DNA of 64,000 nucleotides from Fibrobacter sp. (GCA_012523035.1 JAAYJH010000054.1:752-64751), one strand, 5' to 3'; shown: positions 28,344-38,905, numbered from the stretch's first letter. The notes: generated from the letters alone by a model not told the origin. Made by a program: numbers and translations.

Positions 28344-29734
28344 CGCCTTTCTCCTCTTTTACTCGCTAACCATAATTTCAAATTCACTGATTTTTCAAAA
28401 GATGGTGCAAAATCATATTTTACATAATCAAAATGCGGAAATAAAAAATACGAACTATCCCCTTTTTCATCTACTTTATCATTATAAGTCAGGCTGTAAG
28501 GCTGCAACACCGGATACCCTAAACGAAGCATGAATTTAAAAGCCTCTTCTTTACTGGCTCTATTAATAAAATCACGCATTCCATAAGTCAACTGTATCAC
28601 TAAAGAATCCTTTTCAAAAAACAATAAATTTTGTTGTCCTTCTTTTTCTACCAAACTTTTATTTATCTTAGCAGCTTCTAAGATTCGCACGGTTTTACCT
28701 AGACTATCCACAAACGAACCAGCGATGACTTGGATTGGTTTCCCTAAGTTTTGCTCTCCCTGCTGAATATCATGAATAGGAATGCTCAATTGAGCAAGCA
28801 CCACCATTTGCCTCACATCCATCCCGTCTCCATCCATATAAGGGAATTCATCTCCATAAAATTCAGACAATGCCTTTAATATAGGCTCTTTGGGAAGTTC
28901 AACCACCAGGGATTCAGAAAGTCCTCCAGCGTGCAAGAGCATAGGGTTTAATATAGAGTCCGTGTAAAAAGTGTGGTTAGCCATTCTGAACGGTGTGGCT
29001 AGAGTATAAGAACTATCTGATTTTTCAATTTTTAAAATGGGAGCCTTGCCCGAATAAGCACCCATCATGCGATAAAGTCTTGAACTTTGAGGGGCAGAAA
29101 CTTTCAACTGCAAGTGACAAGCGTCTTTTACTTTTTGTAAGGCAAGGACTAAATCTTGAGGAAAAGGAAGCACCAACAAAGAGTCAAAGTTTTTTATTTT
29201 TAAAGAATAAGTGGAATCTATGCTAGGGATGTCCCAGTTTTTTAAATTTTGATACCACTCGCTATTGCGAACTAGTCCTGCACTATCTACAAAAGTTTTG
29301 CCTTCTCCTGTTTTTAACACCCAACTCCATTCAATAGTCATAGAATCTTTTAAAGGGAGCGAATCTTTATAAGACAAAGATGTGGCGTTATAAAAATCTT
29401 TTAATAGGCTAAGACTCAGGCTCGCTTTAGCCGAAGTATCTTTAGAGAACTGTTGAAAAAACGCCTCGTCTCTAAAAGCAAAGTCTAAATACAAATCATG
29501 AGTCAAATCAAAGGAAGTCCCGAGAACAGCCCTAAAATCTGCAGAATACAAATCAGATTTAAAAAAAGTTTGTGCTTGTTGAATTGGTATAGACTGGATT
29601 TCCAAAGTTTCTACCGGATAATTCAACGGATAACCTTGACTTTCAAAATACGCCGTGGCTCCTTCTGTATTGGAATCAAAAATACAAGCCTGTAACAAGA
29701 AAAGTGATAAAAGAACAAATAAGATTTTTTTCAC
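28340..29734 (-). CDS. Lipoprotein of unknown function (~464 aa)
   Basis: Lipobox LFLLQAC. I prefer the GTG start at 29734 (MKKILFVLL..., with GGAG 5 nt upstream) over the ORF-track start at 29761. A 4-nt overlap links it to the downstream barrel gene. Confidence 0.5.
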   Translation of the reverse strand: MKKILFVLLSLFLLQACIFDSNTEGATAYFESQGYPLNYPVETLEIQSIPIQQAQTFFKSDLYSADFRAVLGTSFDLTHDLYLDFAFRDEAFFQQFSKDTSAKASLSLSLLKDFYNATSLSYKDSLPLKDSMTIEWSWVLKTGEGKTFVDSAGLVRNSEWYQNLKNWDIPSIDSTYSLKIKNFDSLLVLPFPQDLVLALQKVKDACHLQLKVSAPQSSRLYRMMGAYSGKAPILKIEKSDSSYTLATPFRMANHTFYTDSILNPMLLHAGGLSESLVVELPKEPILKALSEFYGDEFPYMDGDGMDVRQMVVLAQLSIPIHDIQQGEQNLGKPIQVIAGSFVDSLGKTVRILEAAKINKSLVEKEGQQNLLFFEKDSLVIQLTYGMRDFINRASKEEAFKFMLRLGYPVLQPYSLTYNDKVDEKGDSSYFLFPHFDYVKYDFAPSFEKSVNLKLWLASKRGERR

Positions 29735-29847
29735 AAAAGCTCCAAAAAAACTGTCTAACACTACAAATATACAAAGAATTATACTTAGATATAATAAAAA
29801 AGGCTTTCTCTCTTCTTTTTTTAGTCAAATAATTATATTTTGTCCAT

Positions 29848-30783
29848 ATGATTATTTTTTGGACAATTTTTTTACTGTTCATCATTGCTATGCTTGCCTT
29901 AGATTTAGGGCTGTTTCACAAAGATGATAAAGAAATAAATACAAAAGAAGCTTTAATCTGGACCGGTTTTTGGATTCTTATTTCACTTTTCTTTTCTATT
30001 TTGGTTTATTTTATTTATGAATCGCAGCAGATGGGGCATGGTCGTGAGATGGTTTTGGAATACCTCACCTGCTATACCATTGAAAAGGCCTTGTCTCTTG
30101 ACAATATTTTTGTAATGTTCGCCATATTTAATTTTTTCAAAATCCCAAGAATATATCAACACCGTGTGCTTTTTTGGGGTATTTTGGGTGCCATTGTATT
30201 GAGGGCAGGCTTCATCTTTGCTGGAACCGCTTTAATTTATCGGTTTTCTTGGTTAATGTATGTGTTTGGAGCTCTTTTGTTAATAAGTGCTATTAAAATG
30301 GCTTTTCAAAAAAATGATGATTCTCAAGACATTTCACAAAATCTTGTGGTGAAAATGTTCAAAAAAATTTTTCCTGTGACAGATCAAATCCAAGGGCATC
30401 ATTTTATTATTAAAATAAACGAAATACGACACCTAAGCCCTTTATTTTTGGCATTACTTGTCATTGAAGCTTCGGATATTTTATTCGCTTTAGATAGCAT
30501 TCCAGCCATATTCTCTATAAGCTTAGACCCCTTTATTATATTCACTTCCAATATCATGGCCATCCTTGGGCTTCGTTCTCTTTATTTTGCTCTTGCAGCC
30601 ATGGTAAATCAATTCATTTATTTAAAACATTCTTTGATTTTCATTTTAGCATTTGTAGGTCTAAAAATGATATTGGCTTCGATATTTACCATCTCTACAA
30701 TACATAGCTTACTCATCATCTTAGTAGCTTTATTGCTGGGTGTTTTATTCAGTTTGTTTATGTCTACTCAAGACACTCCATAA
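29848..30783 (+). CDS. TerC/Alx-family integral membrane protein
   Basis: Multi-pass membrane protein with EKALSLDNIFVMFAIF and IEASDILFALDSIPA. Confidence 0.85.
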   Translation: MIIFWTIFLLFIIAMLALDLGLFHKDDKEINTKEALIWTGFWILISLFFSILVYFIYESQQMGHGREMVLEYLTCYTIEKALSLDNIFVMFAIFNFFKIPRIYQHRVLFWGILGAIVLRAGFIFAGTALIYRFSWLMYVFGALLLISAIKMAFQKNDDSQDISQNLVVKMFKKIFPVTDQIQGHHFIIKINEIRHLSPLFLALLVIEASDILFALDSIPAIFSISLDPFIIFTSNIMAILGLRSLYFALAAMVNQFIYLKHSLIFILAFVGLKMILASIFTISTIHSLLIILVALLLGVLFSLFMSTQDTP

Positions 30784-30923
30784 AACATATTTATCAGTCA
30801 AAAAACACCCCCTGTATCGTATCCCTTTAAATTTTACACTGAAATTTCTAAGTTCTCCAATAAAGACTCCAGACACTTTATACCAAGAGTCCCTTTATCA
30901 TTTTTTCATTGATTGGTGTTTTT

Positions 30924-32774
30924 ATGATTTTTACTCTTATTGTTTTAGCTTTATCCATGTTTTTCTTTATTCAAGGCAAAATTCGGGCCGACATTGTAGC
31001 TATCTCTGCCACCACTCTTTTGATGATTTCTGGAACACTCAATGCTTCAGAAGCCCTTTCTGGATTTTCAAATTCTATCGTTATTATGATGGTGGGTCTG
31101 TTTATAGTAGGAGGGGCTGTATTTAGAACAGGACTTGCCAAAACCATAGGGACTCGCATTGTCAAATTAGCCGGCAACAATGAGGTGACCCTTTTAATTG
31201 TGGTTTTTTTAGTCACCGTCTTTATGGGTTGGTTTTTGAGCAACACAGGGACAGTTGCTTTGATGTTACCTATCGTAGTGAGTATGGCTTTGAGTGCCAA
31301 TATTGGACCAGAAAGACTTTTAATTCCTTTGGCTTTTGCAAGTAGTATTGGAGGGATGTTCACATTGATTGGAACTCCACCTAATATGGTGATCAACGAC
31401 GCCTTAATCAACGCAGGGGAAAAAGGACTCCATTTTTTTTCTTTTGCTCCCGTAGGTTTCGTTTCATTGATTGTGAGTCTTATCATGATTATCCCTCTTA
31501 GCAAACTTTTAACAAAAAAATCAAGCAAAAATAGGTCTCTTTCTCGCTCCAAAAAATCTCTAGGTGATTTAGCCACAGAATACAATTTGTTTCAAAACAT
31601 TGTAAAAGTTCGAGTCCAAGCTAATTCTCCTTTTGTGGGAAAAAAACTCCAAGATTTATTTTTACCCGCTCGCTACAACCTCATAGTGACAGAAGTAGAA
31701 AAACCCTCTCTTTCGTCAAAAATTTTAATGAAATCTCAAAAACAAGAAATTGCCGGCCCCTCCACACTCCTCGCTAGTGGTGACACTTTACATTTGCTCG
31801 GTGCATTAAAACACATAGAAAAATTGATCCAAGAAAACCAATTGGAACTCATCACCAACAAAAACGAAAATAAAGTCCAAAAAACTCTCAAGTTCTTAGA
31901 CATAGGCATTGCCGAAGTTTTATTACTCCCCGACTCTTCCCTTATTCATAAAACCGTTTTAGAGGCTCGATTTAGAACCCGTTATGGAGTCAATATTTTG
32001 GGTGTGCACCGCCAAGGAGAATACTTAATACACGATCTAAAAGAGGTGCATTTTAAACCCAGAGACATCCTTTTGGTGCAAGGACACTGGGAATCTATCC
32101 AAAAACTATCCGAAGAAATCAATGAATGGGTTGTGCTTGGACAGCCCCTCGAAGAAGCCACCAAAGAAACATTAGATCATAAAATGCCCCTTGCTGCCAT
32201 TATTTTAGTTGGCATGATACTTTCCATGGTTTTAGAATTAATCCCTCCGGTTGCCTCTGTATTAGTGGCCGCTATTTTGATGATTTTAACAGGTTGCCTG
32301 CGAAATGTTGAAGATGCTTATAAATCCATCAACTGGGAAAGCATTGTTTTAATAGCAGCCATGTTACCCATGTCCATAGCCCTTCAAAAAACAGGAATTT
32401 CTCAACTTATTTCTACTAGTTTAGTCGAATCTTTAGGTTCTTATGGGGTTTATGCCATACTTGCTGGAATTTATTTTACAACATCCTTGATGACCATGTT
32501 CATTAGCAATACAGCCACGGCAGTTTTACTTGCCCCTATCGCATTGAGTGCCGCTCAATCTATGAATGTGAGTCCCTATGCATTTTTATTTGCAGTGAGT
32601 GTGGCTGCCAGTATGTGCTTTGCGTCTCCATTTTCAACACCTCCCAACGCACTGGTTATGGTTCCTGGCAGATATACATTTATGGACTACATTCGAGTAG
32701 GCCTGCCACTCCAGTTGGTGATGGGAGTGGTGATGGTATTTGCACTCCCTGTAATATTTCCTTTCTTCCCCTAA
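30924..32774 (+). CDS. SLC13/DASS-family anion transporter with two central TrkA-C domains
   Basis: Two permease halves flank a soluble insert (VRVQANSPFVGKKLQDL..., AEVLLLPDSSLIHKTVLEARF...). I prefer ATG 30924 over the TTG at 30909 given in the ORF track. Confidence 0.8.
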   Translation: MIFTLIVLALSMFFFIQGKIRADIVAISATTLLMISGTLNASEALSGFSNSIVIMMVGLFIVGGAVFRTGLAKTIGTRIVKLAGNNEVTLLIVVFLVTVFMGWFLSNTGTVALMLPIVVSMALSANIGPERLLIPLAFASSIGGMFTLIGTPPNMVINDALINAGEKGLHFFSFAPVGFVSLIVSLIMIIPLSKLLTKKSSKNRSLSRSKKSLGDLATEYNLFQNIVKVRVQANSPFVGKKLQDLFLPARYNLIVTEVEKPSLSSKILMKSQKQEIAGPSTLLASGDTLHLLGALKHIEKLIQENQLELITNKNENKVQKTLKFLDIGIAEVLLLPDSSLIHKTVLEARFRTRYGVNILGVHRQGEYLIHDLKEVHFKPRDILLVQGHWESIQKLSEEINEWVVLGQPLEEATKETLDHKMPLAAIILVGMILSMVLELIPPVASVLVAAILMILTGCLRNVEDAYKSINWESIVLIAAMLPMSIALQKTGISQLISTSLVESLGSYGVYAILAGIYFTTSLMTMFISNTATAVLLAPIALSAAQSMNVSPYAFLFAVSVAASMCFASPFSTPPNALVMVPGRYTFMDYIRVGLPLQLVMGVVMVFALPVIFPFFP

Positions 32775-32890
32775 TCCATTATTTTAGTCCTGAGCTCTCA
32801 CAATGCTCCATATCTTTTTTTTGAATTGAATTCAATAATCGCAGTTTTTTTCTAAATTATGAACAATGCAATACTCCAACAGAGGACAAC

Positions 32891-34228
32891 ATGAGCCCTT
32901 TTTCTGCTAGATTCAAAAATATAAATGGTGATGACACTTACCCATTAGATGAAATTATCTATAGAAGCAAAATAGACAACAGCCTTCTTGAGGTAGAACA
33001 CGACCGTAATGCCTTAGCATCTAAAAGCCCCGAAGAATGGAAAGCCTTATTTGCCAGTCGCCGACAAAGCTTTAACCCCGTCAACACCAGTGGAGTTTGG
33101 AGTAAAAGAGAGCTTGTGCTCCCCGAAATCGCCGAAAAAGACATCATCACACTAGAAGAAGGCTTCACTCCCCTCATAGAAAGCAAAACTTTAGCCAAAG
33201 AAATCGGTCTAAAAAAATTGTACATGAAGCTCAGTGGCAACTCTCATACAGGGAGCTTCAAAGACTTGGGCATGACTGTTTTAGTCAGTCAAGTCCATTC
33301 CATGATCCAAAAAGGGGCTCCTATTCAAGCCGTTGCCTGTGCAAGCACTGGAGACACCTCTGCAGCACTAGCAGCTTATTGTGCCAAAGCAGGCATCCCA
33401 AGCATCGTATTTTTACCGGCTGGTAAAATTAGCACAGCACAACTCATCCAGCCCATCAGCAACGGCAGTATCGTCCTTGCTTTAGACACAGATTTTGACG
33501 GTTGCATGAAAATCGTCCAAGAAGTCACAGCAGACAACTCCATTTATTTAGCCAATTCCATGAACAGCTTAAGAGTCGAAGGTCAAAAAACCATCAGCCT
33601 CGAAATCTGCCAACAATTAAACTACCAAGTTCCAGACACCATCATTATCCCTGGTGGAAACCTAGGCAATGTGAGTGCCTTAGCCAAAGGTTTTGATGAC
33701 TGTTTAGCCATAGGTTTAATCCAAAAAAAGCCTCGCATCATAGTAGCCCAAACCCAAGCAGCCGCCCCTTTTTATCAAGCGTTCCAAAGGGGTTTCAATC
33801 AACTAGAGCCCCTTCAAGCTCAAAAAACTCTCGCTAGTGCCATTCAAATAGGAAACCCCGTCAGTTACCCCAAAGCCGTTCGAGCTATCCAAGACTACAA
33901 CGGACTCGTCGTTGCTGTTTCCGAAGAAGAGCTATCCAACGCCGCCCACCGTGCCGACCGATTTGGCTTTTACACTTGCCCACACACTGGAGTTGCTCTT
34001 GCCGCATTAGAAAAACTAGTCGAGAGTGGCGATATTGACAAAGAAGAAGAGGTGGCCATTATCAGCACTGCACACGGACTCAAATTTACAGAATTTAAAG
34101 TGGCTTATCACGAAAAAAGCTTAAAAGAAATCCACTCTTCTTTTGCAAACTCTGTATTTTACACTCCCCCCCAAATAGACTCTGTAATGGATATTCTCCA
34201 AAAAGAAATGAAAGCCAGACAACATTGA
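32891..34228 (+). CDS. thrC: Threonine synthase
   Basis: 445 aa with the PLP-lysine motif HTGSFKDLGM and a PALP fold pattern (ACASTGDTSAALAAY, PGGNLGN). Confidence 0.85.
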   Translation: MSPFSARFKNINGDDTYPLDEIIYRSKIDNSLLEVEHDRNALASKSPEEWKALFASRRQSFNPVNTSGVWSKRELVLPEIAEKDIITLEEGFTPLIESKTLAKEIGLKKLYMKLSGNSHTGSFKDLGMTVLVSQVHSMIQKGAPIQAVACASTGDTSAALAAYCAKAGIPSIVFLPAGKISTAQLIQPISNGSIVLALDTDFDGCMKIVQEVTADNSIYLANSMNSLRVEGQKTISLEICQQLNYQVPDTIIIPGGNLGNVSALAKGFDDCLAIGLIQKKPRIIVAQTQAAAPFYQAFQRGFNQLEPLQAQKTLASAIQIGNPVSYPKAVRAIQDYNGLVVAVSEEELSNAAHRADRFGFYTCPHTGVALAALEKLVESGDIDKEEEVAIISTAHGLKFTEFKVAYHEKSLKEIHSSFANSVFYTPPQIDSVMDILQKEMKARQH

Positions 34229-34242
34229 TATAATGGTGTCTC

Positions 34243-35034
34243 TCAGTTTAAATCCTTTAATAAATCCAAACTCCGCTTTTCATTATTTTGAAGTCCCATT
34301 AGCTCAAAAGCATGGGCACTTCTTTTTAAAAAACTTTTAGCCTGAACATTTTCTTTTAAAGCAAGGGCCACTTGAGCTCTTAAATACAAAACACTAGCAG
34401 AATAATAAATCTCATTTTGAGCGATTGATTTCTCGTAAGCATTCAAAAACAAAGAGTCCGCTTTGGGATATTCTTTTTGTATCAAAGCAATTCGACCTAA
34501 AAGAAAACTCCATTGGCCTTTTTTCATATTCATTTTTTTCTTTGCTTTTTCTAATACTTTCTCTGCATCTTCATTTTTATTTTGTGCAAATAAGGCAAAA
34601 GCATATTCTGCATACAGACCAGCTTGCAAAGTTTTGGGAGCTTTTTTCACCTGTTTAAAGTCCAGACTTTGAATGGTGGATAAGCTTTCCTCATAGCGTT
34701 CTCTTGCATTGAATAGCTTTAATCTCGCATGAATGTGTGCTAAAAGAGTCAAAGAATCCATGTCTTTTAAATCCACCAAAGAAAGCAAAGAATCTGCAAA
34801 ATCATAGTCCAGGCTTTGTATTCTGATTTGAGCCATTGCTATTAAAACTCTTCCTTCTGCTTGAAGATTAGATTCTTTTCTTGAGGCTAACAAAGCCTTT
34901 TCTAACTGAGAATAAGCTTTAGCAAAACGCCCCTCTAACACAGATTGCTTAGCTCTAAATGCAAGCACTCCAGATTCAGAAGCCCATAAAAACTGAAAAA
35001 TGAAACAAGAAAGTATCACACACTTTTTTACCAT
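34243..35034 (-). CDS. Secreted TPR-like repeat protein
   Basis: Signal peptide followed by helical repeats. It is the last gene of the Mla-like operon, with a 7-nt overlap with mlaD. Confidence 0.45.
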   Translation of the reverse strand: MVKKCVILSCFIFQFLWASESGVLAFRAKQSVLEGRFAKAYSQLEKALLASRKESNLQAEGRVLIAMAQIRIQSLDYDFADSLLSLVDLKDMDSLTLLAHIHARLKLFNARERYEESLSTIQSLDFKQVKKAPKTLQAGLYAEYAFALFAQNKNEDAEKVLEKAKKKMNMKKGQWSFLLGRIALIQKEYPKADSLFLNAYEKSIAQNEIYYSASVLYLRAQVALALKENVQAKSFLKRSAHAFELMGLQNNEKRSLDLLKDLN

Positions 35035-35987
35035 AAAGACTCCACAATAAAGGGAATACTATCTTTTTTGGGTATAGATCGATTGATTATCCAGATATTA
35101 GAAAGTCCTGTCAGCAAATCCTCTGCGTTTTGCAAAGTTTGTTCACTATTTCCAATAAATTGATCCAAAGAAAAAGTCACCCCGCTCAAATCTCCCACCA
35201 AAACATCTACCTTTCCTAGTAGTGAATCCAAGGAATTGAAAGTTTTATCCACTTGTAATGGCAAGTCTTTTAAGCCCGTTAAAAGCCCCCGTGCACCAGT
35301 CGTCAGTGTATCGATGTTTTCAAACAAGCCTGGAATCTTCAGATGGATGGCATCTAAAATATGCGTCCCCGCATAAGTCATTTTATCTAAGCGATTCAAT
35401 TGTAGATTTAAGTTATCATACAAATGCCTAGACCCCAGTAAAGCCCCAATTGTAGTCCCTGTATCTAGCACCATTTTCACCAAAGTATCAGCGGCATCCA
35501 CTAGTAAATTCACACGCATCAAAAGTTCATTCGTTGTTTCTAAAACAGTTTCAAGATCTTGAGCTTTTCCAGCCGACAAAAAGTCTCCATCTTCAAGTAC
35601 ACGCCCCACTCCCTTTTTAGTTTCGATATTCACCACTCTTGCAGAAATCACATTTTGATCACGAATAGCAAATACAGAGGCACTATCAGTGATCCAATTT
35701 TGAAATTCTGACCGGATAGTAAACTCTAATCTCACCCCTTTTTCTTGAATATCAATATTTGAAATTCGCCCTATATCCACACCACTTATTTGAATTTTTG
35801 TGCCCGAACGCAAACCCAAGGCTTTTTCAAAATCACTATATAACTTATATTCTTCGACTCCTATAATCCCAGAACTTGATAATTTAGCATAAAGCGTAAC
35901 CCCAAAAACTATCATTGCAATAGCAAAAAAAACTCCTACAAGAAGCCCTGACAACTCTGTCCAATTTATCTGTCTTATAAATCTCAT
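35028..35987 (-). CDS. MlaD/MCE-domain protein
   Basis: N-terminal TM anchor, an MCE domain (YKLYSDFEKALGLRSGTKIQISGVDIGRISNIDI), then a helical C-terminus. Confidence 0.7.
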   Translation of the reverse strand: MRFIRQINWTELSGLLVGVFFAIAMIVFGVTLYAKLSSSGIIGVEEYKLYSDFEKALGLRSGTKIQISGVDIGRISNIDIQEKGVRLEFTIRSEFQNWITDSASVFAIRDQNVISARVVNIETKKGVGRVLEDGDFLSAGKAQDLETVLETTNELLMRVNLLVDAADTLVKMVLDTGTTIGALLGSRHLYDNLNLQLNRLDKMTYAGTHILDAIHLKIPGLFENIDTLTTGARGLLTGLKDLPLQVDKTFNSLDSLLGKVDVLVGDLSGVTFSLDQFIGNSEQTLQNAEDLLTGLSNIWIINRSIPKKDSIPFIVESLW

Positions 35988-36010
35988 ACTAAATTAAAAT
36001 AACATAAAAA

Positions 36011-36838
36011 CTAAAAAACAGTCCTTATATTCCTAAAAAGTTCTCTTGGGACCGATTCTTCTGAATTTAACCATTCATTAAAAGATTTGGGGGCTGTAAA
36101 CTTCTGATTTTGCAAAAAAACCAAATCACTGTTCAACTCTTCGGCTAGCAATAAATCATGAGTCACAATCACAATAGTTGTATTAAACAATTGCCTCATA
36201 TTATCGATCAAAGGCAATAAATTATTTCGATTATAGTTGTCTAAACCAGAAGTAGGCTCATCTAAAAGTAAAAGCTTAGGGTCCATCGCCCACGCTCTTG
36301 CTATGGCCACTCTTTTTTTTACGCCGACACTTAAAGTATGGGGGAAATGATCTGCCTCTCCTCGTACTCGCATCAAATCCATCGCCATATTCACCTTTTC
36401 TTTCACCTCAGACTCACTATAACGCCCGTGATAACGCAAAGGCAATGCAATATTGTCTCTCACTCGTAAATTAGAAATTAAAGCTCCATTTTGAAACACT
36501 AAACCCACCTGCCTTTCCGCTACTTCCAAAGCAGAAAATCGCTCCAAAGGCAAATACTCTCCAAAGTAATAAAAATCACCTCTTTGAGGCTTGACTATAC
36601 CTGCTACAATCTTTAAAAAAGCACTCTTTCCATGCCCTGATGGCCCTGCTATACAAATGGTTTCCCCTATATTCACACTAAAAGATAAGTTTTTAAATAT
36701 TTCTTTTTTTTTATTCTCAAAAACAGCCCCAAACAAGCCATTTAAATTTAAAAAGCTTGGTTTCACAGTCTTTTTACTAGACAAGACTTCCATATAGTCA
36801 AAATACAGATTTTGAACAATGAGGGCTTTATTTTTCAT
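36011..36838 (-). CDS. ABC transporter ATP-binding protein (MlaF-like)
   Basis: Walker A GPSGHGKS, signature LSVGVKKR, Walker B LLLLDEPTSGLD. Confidence 0.85.
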   Translation of the reverse strand: MKNKALIVQNLYFDYMEVLSSKKTVKPSFLNLNGLFGAVFENKKKEIFKNLSFSVNIGETICIAGPSGHGKSAFLKIVAGIVKPQRGDFYYFGEYLPLERFSALEVAERQVGLVFQNGALISNLRVRDNIALPLRYHGRYSESEVKEKVNMAMDLMRVRGEADHFPHTLSVGVKKRVAIARAWAMDPKLLLLDEPTSGLDNYNRNNLLPLIDNMRQLFNTTIVIVTHDLLLAEELNSDLVFLQNQKFTAPKSFNEWLNSEESVPRELFRNIRTVF

Positions 36839-37725
36839 ATAATTTTTGAAATTTCTCCTAAGTATTGAAAAATATAAAAAGAAGAAAGTAAAACATCGGC
36901 AATGACAATATATAAAAAAGAATAAATAACAGACCTTGAAGTCGCTTTCGGCACCTGACGAATATCTTTTTGAATAGATAAACCCTGATAACTCGCATTA
37001 GTCACAATAATACACGCAAAGACAACAGGCTTCAAAACCATCAAAAAGAAATCCGCTATAGTTAAAGAGTCTAAAATTGCAGACGATAAATAAGACCAAG
37101 TGATTTGAATATTAATCAAATCCCCTCCAATATAAATCAATGCCTTAGTGACCAAAAAACCAGCAAAAACGCCACTAAAACTAAACAATACTGTCATTAT
37201 AAACACTGCCAGAATCCCACCAATTAAAGCGGGGGTTACTAAATATCGAATAGGGTCAATTCCCATGGAGGCCAAAGCATCCACTTCTGAGTTAATAGCC
37301 ATGCTCCCAATATAAGTAGTCAAAGCAGAGCCGCTACGACCTGCAATTAAAAAAGCCGTGAATACAGGCCCTAACTCCCGAATAATGGCGATCACCATTA
37401 AATCACCCACCACATCTGAGAAGCCTACTTTACTCATCATGCTAATGACTTCTATAATAATCACGGCACCAAAAAGAGTCGCCACCACAAATAGCACTGG
37501 GAATATTTCGACTCCAGTGAAAAAAACTTGATTGATAATATTTCTTGAATCGGCTGTAAAACTTCTTTTTTTTGAAAAGATTGCAAAAAAAGATTGAATA
37601 AAAAGCTTGAACAAGCGGCCTACGCTTGTATCCAAAAAGAAAGCTCCCATTAAATGGAAGGCTTTTCCTAAATAAGAAAAGTTTTTATAGGCTCTATTTT
37701 CTTGCATTTTAGTTTCGAATAGCAT
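36835..37725 (-). CDS. ABC transporter permease (MlaE-like)
   Basis: GPVFTAFLIAGRSGSALTTYIGSMAINSEVDALASMGIDPIRYLV is typical of MlaE/Ttg2B permeases. Confidence 0.8.
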   Translation of the reverse strand: MLFETKMQENRAYKNFSYLGKAFHLMGAFFLDTSVGRLFKLFIQSFFAIFSKKRSFTADSRNIINQVFFTGVEIFPVLFVVATLFGAVIIIEVISMMSKVGFSDVVGDLMVIAIIRELGPVFTAFLIAGRSGSALTTYIGSMAINSEVDALASMGIDPIRYLVTPALIGGILAVFIMTVLFSFSGVFAGFLVTKALIYIGGDLINIQITWSYLSSAILDSLTIADFFLMVLKPVVFACIIVTNASYQGLSIQKDIRQVPKATSRSVIYSFLYIVIADVLLSSFYIFQYLGEISKII

Positions 37726-38308
37726 TTATAATTTCAAACCATAAAATATCAAGCCCTTTTTTTGAAACAGCACTCACACTCAAAGGCTTTTCCTCTAATC
37801 TAAACTTTTCTTGAATCAATTTCATGTTTTTTATGAATTCTTTTCGATTTACCTTATCTTCTTTATTTGCTACCAGTAAAACTGGCAAACCTTTATTTCG
37901 AATATACTCCACTGTTTCCACATCAAGCGAGGTTCCTGCGTGGCGAATGTCTATAAGATAGACCACTCCCTGTAAATCCTCTGCTTTTTCTAAATAATCT
38001 TCCACAGACTTTGTCATTTGATCTCTAGTTTTAAAGCTTAATTTAGCATAGCCCACTCCAGGCAAATCCACTAAATAAAAACTCTCATTCACTTTAAAAA
38101 AATTCAATTCTCTGGTTTTTCCGGGTGTCGAACTTGTTTTTACCAATCCTTTTTTACCCATAATAGCATTTAGCAAGGTAGATTTACCCACATTAGAACG
38201 CCCTAAAAAAGCCACTTGAGGGAGCCTTTCTTGAGGCAAATCTTTTAGAGAAACCGCACTCTTCACAAAATAAGCCGAAAACACCGAAAAACTCTGAGGT
38301 TCTGTCAA
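37709..38308 (-). CDS. engB: Ribosome biogenesis GTPase EngB/YihA
   Basis: G1 motif GRSNVGKSTLLNA, G3 motif DLPGVGYA, G4 motif NKEDK. Confidence 0.9.
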   Translation of the reverse strand: MTEPQSFSVFSAYFVKSAVSLKDLPQERLPQVAFLGRSNVGKSTLLNAIMGKKGLVKTSSTPGKTRELNFFKVNESFYLVDLPGVGYAKLSFKTRDQMTKSVEDYLEKAEDLQGVVYLIDIRHAGTSLDVETVEYIRNKGLPVLLVANKEDKVNRKEFIKNMKLIQEKFRLEEKPLSVSAVSKKGLDILWFEIINAIRN

Positions 38309-38898
38309 AATAACACCCTCCCTTCAAAAGCTCTAAGCATCGTCATCTCATCGACAAATTCTAGGTCACTCCCCATGGGAATACCCCTAGCCAGACGAGA
38401 TCGTTTCACAGGCATATCTTTAAGGAGTCGATCGATTAAAAGCACAGTGCTTTCTGCTTCTGGACTAGACCCCAAAGCCAAAATCACTTCTTGAATATTC
38501 TCTTTTTGAACTCTTTCTATCAAATAAGGGATATGCAAATGCTCTGGACCTACACCATCTAAAGGAGATAAAACACCCCCCAATACAAAATAAAGCCCTT
38601 GAAAAACTCCTGAACTTTCAAATGGAAGAATATCAGAAGTTTTCTCTACCACACACAAACTACTTGCACCACTGCGTTTTTTACATATATCACATAAACT
38701 TTGTTCAGCATAAGAAAAACATTTTGAACAAGGCCGCACTTTTTCAACAGCGTCCAACAAAGCCTCAGAAAAAGCAACAGCCTTCTCTTTGGATTTTGAT
38801 AAAACATGATAAGCCAAACGACGGGCTGTTTTTTTGCCGATACCAGGAAATCCAGAAAATTCAATTATCAGCCGCTCTAAACTAGGAGGTTCAATCAT
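38305..38898 (-). CDS. recR: Recombination protein RecR
   Basis: HhH motif GIGKKTARRLAYH, zinc finger CSKCFSYAEQSLCDIC, and a Toprim region. Confidence 0.9.
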   Translation of the reverse strand: MIEPPSLERLIIEFSGFPGIGKKTARRLAYHVLSKSKEKAVAFSEALLDAVEKVRPCSKCFSYAEQSLCDICKKRSGASSLCVVEKTSDILPFESSGVFQGLYFVLGGVLSPLDGVGPEHLHIPYLIERVQKENIQEVILALGSSPEAESTVLLIDRLLKDMPVKRSRLARGIPMGSDLEFVDEMTMLRAFEGRVLF

Positions 38899-38905
38899 AT
38901 TTTAC

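Noticed and set aside
29762-29847. yybP-ykoY (Mn) riboswitch upstream of the TerC-family gene.
   Set aside because: Only 86 nt of extremely AT-rich sequence is available. It lacks the conserved G-rich cores and has no room for the four-helix fold.
30740-31585. 128-aa plus-strand ORF bridging TerC and the DASS transporter, and a 204-aa minus-strand ORF antisense to the transporter.
   Set aside because: Both overlap well-supported membrane-protein CDSs in alternative frames, and their translations show no domain logic.
32821-32835. 15-bp palindrome TTGAATT-g-AATTCAA 56 nt upstream of thrC.
   Set aside because: It is made purely of A/T-rich half-sites that occur easily by chance in this genome. 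It contains an EcoRI-like GAATTC core and nothing else supports it. I kept it only as a note.
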